From positions 124,001 through 188,000 of the forward strand of contig QPMI01000029.1 of the NCBI GenBank assembly GCA_004431415.1: a stretch of 64,000 bases of DNA. Direction: 5' to 3'. This stretch comes from Cyanophora paradoxa CCMP329 (lineage: Eukaryota; Plantae; Glaucophyta). Of the stretch, positions 61,043-64,000 are shown piece after piece. The position numbers and the translations under genes are program-made. The first letter of the stretch is position 1, and every line of letters starts with the position of its first letter. Under the pieces are notes generated by a model, which did no database searches, had not been told where the DNA came from, and saw nothing but the letters and a program-made list of their open reading frames with translations.

Positions 61043-62035
61043 ATGAAATGAAAACAAAGACCCAGAAGGGAACTATTGAACCTGGTGCCACAAAGCTGAA
61101 GTCGAAAAGGAGTAGCCCCAACAGTATATAAAAGACGAGTTTGGCTTTAATTTTCTCTGTTTTATTAGAGACATGGATATAATACGAAAGTTATTGAGAT
61201 GCTCAGTCTGCATGTGGTGAGCAATTGCCACAGTGGATGCTGTGACACAACAATAGAGTTTGAGATGTCAGATACTGAGGATAATGTATCTGAAGCAGAG
61301 AGAGAAGGAGATCAACAGTTTCAGTGGAGTCAATGCCAGCAGACCCACAGAGTATACATATGAGCAACAGGAGTATCCAAGGAGAAGTTCTTTACAGCGA
61401 AAACGTTTTCTCAGCAAATATTAATGGAGGATACAATTAGTTTGATCGAGTTTACTAGTGATGACCTTTAACTGAGGGTGCTATTAGACACATTCTAGCA
61501 AAGCAGAAACGATATAGAGAGACCCAGCATATAGAGAGTATAAGAAACAACAAGCCCTGGCATCCTATTATCGCAGAAAAGCCCAAAAAGAGAGCAGAGA
61601 CCCAGAGGGAGACCGATTAAATATTATTTGCCAACTGAAAGTAGCAATGGACCCCAGGTCTATAAGATAATTGAGAAAAGCGGTCTCAGTATGCAACTGA
61701 GGCAGCTATAAAATATATACAAAGGAATTGGCTTTATACTTGCAATCAAGTCACAGATAACTTTGTAAATATGCTTTTGTTGTTTTTTGTTTGCATTCTC
61801 AGACACTGAAACAGTTATGTGAATGTTTACTGATCTATTTCTCTTTGGTTTGTTGCATACATATTGTAACCTTTTAATCTCTGTGACATTTCGATATATG
61901 CCCTATATCTCCATGCTTTATGCATTTATCTAACTCAGTCATGGTCATCTCATCAAGAGTCTTTGCCATTTTGTCTTCACTATACACAATCAAGTAAGCC
62001 TTAAGTATTCTTGTCAAATTTTGGTCTTTTCGATC

Positions 62036-62152
62036 GGTGTCACAGGTGTCACAGGTGTACAGGTCTATCCCACCGATTTTCAAAATCATTTTTTATGTTG
62101 ACTTTCCTGGGATGGACCTGTGACACCTGTGAACAACACCATTTCAGTAAGG
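62036..62152. promoter_or_regulatory. Third iteron palindrome, immediately downstream of the D5 primase-helicase
   Basis: GGTGTCACAGGTGTCACAGGTGTACAGGTCTATCCCA...TGGGATGGACCTGTGACACCTGTGAACAACACCATTT, homologous to 45,059-45,170. Confidence 0.75.
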
Positions 62153-62199
62153 CTATAAACATTACATATACAAATCAATCATTATCGTTTGTTTAATAT

Positions 62200-64000
62200 T
62201 CACATCCTTCCATTGTCTTCTTGAACCCTTGTTATCTTTCGAAGTCCAATGTAGCCCTTGCTCTGGTTCCAGAATTCGTTTAACCTCTGATTTAACATTG
62301 AAGATTTCCCTTACTCTTTCATAACAGATACACATTCAACTTTATCATCTACACTTTGTATGATCTGTAAATGATATCATGGAAACAAAGTCGTTAGCAT
62401 TATGTGTAACCTCGAAATTATCTCGAAGCCATTCACCAATCTTGTCATTTTCAGCTATAAGTTAATTCCCTGTTCAATAATCGATTGAGGGGGACTTCTT
62501 AAGATCTCTTCAACCTCTTTGTTCTTCCACATATCCAGTAATATCTTCATGTGAGCCATCTTATACTCATCATCATTGTGAAGAAGTGTGAACAGAGTTG
62601 GATCAGCTTTCTCTGACCAGCTTCAGGCTTCTCTCTGAAATATTGTGATCTCTGGTATGAAAGTCTTCTTTGAATTGCGAAGTCTGGTTTATTAATAGTC
62701 AAATTGTCATTAGTTGTAATGTAGACCTGAAACATTGGGTAAGGATAACTGGATCTTTGAACAAGGCTCTCACAGTCATTTCATTTCCACCTGTGACCTC
62801 CTTAATCTTGGAGATCTGCAGTTTATCACCATCTTCAGCCTCATTACTGAATACAAGTCGCTTTCAAGGAGTTTGGCAAGTTCAGGAGTAGCCTCTGATG
62901 AGTTCTTTTTAGGCTTAGTCCAATAGGATATTTCGAGAGGGCTGTAATAACGACCAGATATCTGTTTGCAGTATTCCTGAACAAGTGATTTACCATTAGC
63001 ACCAGCACCAGTCCACATATAGAACTTCTGGGATTTAGTTGATCCACTAAGGGCAATTGCAATGGATGCCAGAAGATACTTTCGCTCTGCTGGATCATCC
63101 ACAATCTCTTTATAAATCTGATTTAGATGCTCTATTTTCTTGGGGTCTACATTTTCAGTATAGTCATAACCCACAGTCTTGCTCACCATATCTTCCAGTT
63201 TACCCTTTCTGAAAGTCATAGTGGTCAGATCAAATACACCATTTTCGAATCCAATCACATATGGAACAGTGTCAATCTTCTCAAAGAATTCATCATCATT
63301 CAGCAGTGGGACCAAGTCAGTCAGAAGGATTTGCGAAATCCTGATTGTTTAAGGTTTTGGCAATGGTCATCAATGTTTTGGATCTTTCTTCGAAAGTTGC
63401 TTTGTTTCCTCATCCTTTAAAGCTCTTTGACTATAATGCACAGCCCTTCCAAGGTATTGGGGGCAACAAGACGGCTTATATCTAGGTAAATCTTTAGGTT
63501 TGTGTCATCATGCTCCAAATCCCAGATCAGTATTGAGTTTGAACCATGACTTTTTGGAGTATCTCCATGTATGTTTAAGAACCTCTTTCATACTAAACTC
63601 ACATTCATAATGAGCGCCACCAGAACCAGCGGATTTATCTATAAGATTGAAGATATCAGATTGCATTCCAATGCAGATGAATCGTTTTTTGCAATTTCCA
63701 CTGTAGCTTGACACAATGTATTTGTTATCATCTCTTTAGCTTTCATAACATACCAGTTATTCGATTCATGTGAACCATTGCAGCATGGGCAATTGAGTCC
63801 CTTGTTAGCAGCATCAAAGTTAAAGCCAAGTTCAGTTTTAGAGATTATATTGGGATGCATAAATCCATACCACCAGCTCTTTGATAATATTGTTTTCCAG
63901 TTCATCATGTGAGGTAGCATTAGCAGTATACTCACTCTTATAGATGTAGTTATCTATTATCCACTTTTGAAGTCATCAGTAGGCTCATTGAAATCACAGG
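62200..64000 (-). CDS. D5-like primase-helicase (SF3), 5' part outside the window; multiple frameshifts
   Basis: D5_N (DTVPYVIGFENGVFDLTTMTFRKGKLEDMVSKTVGYDY), Walker A WTGAGANGKS, ATPELAKL, C-terminal KGYIGLR; upstream CPCC..SH zinc motif. Confidence 0.9.

Larger units (their letters stand above)
44534..64000. mobile_element. Endogenous double-jelly-roll DNA virus (Polinton-like / dwarf NCLDV-like), left end and >19.4 kb of genome
   Basis: Abrupt drop in GC; intronless, tightly packed ORFs; MCP, two minor capsid genes, A32 ATPase and D5 primase-helicase; structured terminus. Confidence 0.93.

Noticed and set aside
44534-64000. Bacteriophage or bacterial contaminant
   Set aside because: Despite the phage-like fibre and speD, the capsid, penton, A32 and D5 genes are of eukaryotic DJR-virus type, and there are no terminase, portal or consistent Shine-Dalgarno signals.
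1-64000. tRNA, rRNA or telomeric repeats
   Set aside because: None recognised by eye; a covariance-model search was not possible.

Overview
Eukaryotic (protist/algal-type) nuclear DNA in two sharply different compartments. 1-44,533 is GC-rich, intron-dense host sequence. It holds a kelch/SP-repeat/REJ-like extracellular protein gene (5' half degraded), an ABCC/MRP transporter spread over ~16-17 kb, a probably pseudogenised RNA 3'-phosphate cyclase, a PAS-HisKA-HATPase-receiver hybrid histidine kinase, and a GGA(I/V)-repeat, Cys-rich multi-TM surface protein. It also holds several TA-flanked MITEs, a foldback element and three TSD-flanked copies of one non-LTR retrotransposon 3' end. At 44,534 an AT-rich endogenous DNA virus (double-jelly-roll capsid, Polinton-like/dwarf NCLDV-like) is inserted into an exon of the surface-protein gene and runs off the right edge. 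The virus begins exactly at the base of a ~283-bp imperfect hairpin and carries three iteron/AT-spacer palindromes resembling P4/SaPI-type origins. It encodes a prokaryotic-type SAM decarboxylase, a DUF723-like zinc protein, two paralogous fibre-like proteins, a ~2,000-aa phage-type tail fibre ending in a peptidase-S74 chaperone, a patatin fused to a discoidin (F5/8C)-like domain, two divergent penton-type minor capsid genes, an NCLDV-like major capsid protein, an A32 packaging ATPase and a D5 primase-helicase. Many viral ORFs are broken by single-base indels that look more like long-read errors than decay. All calls come from motif recognition by eye; exon boundaries and several ends are approximate. 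The host species cannot be determined from the sequence (the intron style recalls the glaucophyte Cyanophora, but this is only a guess).
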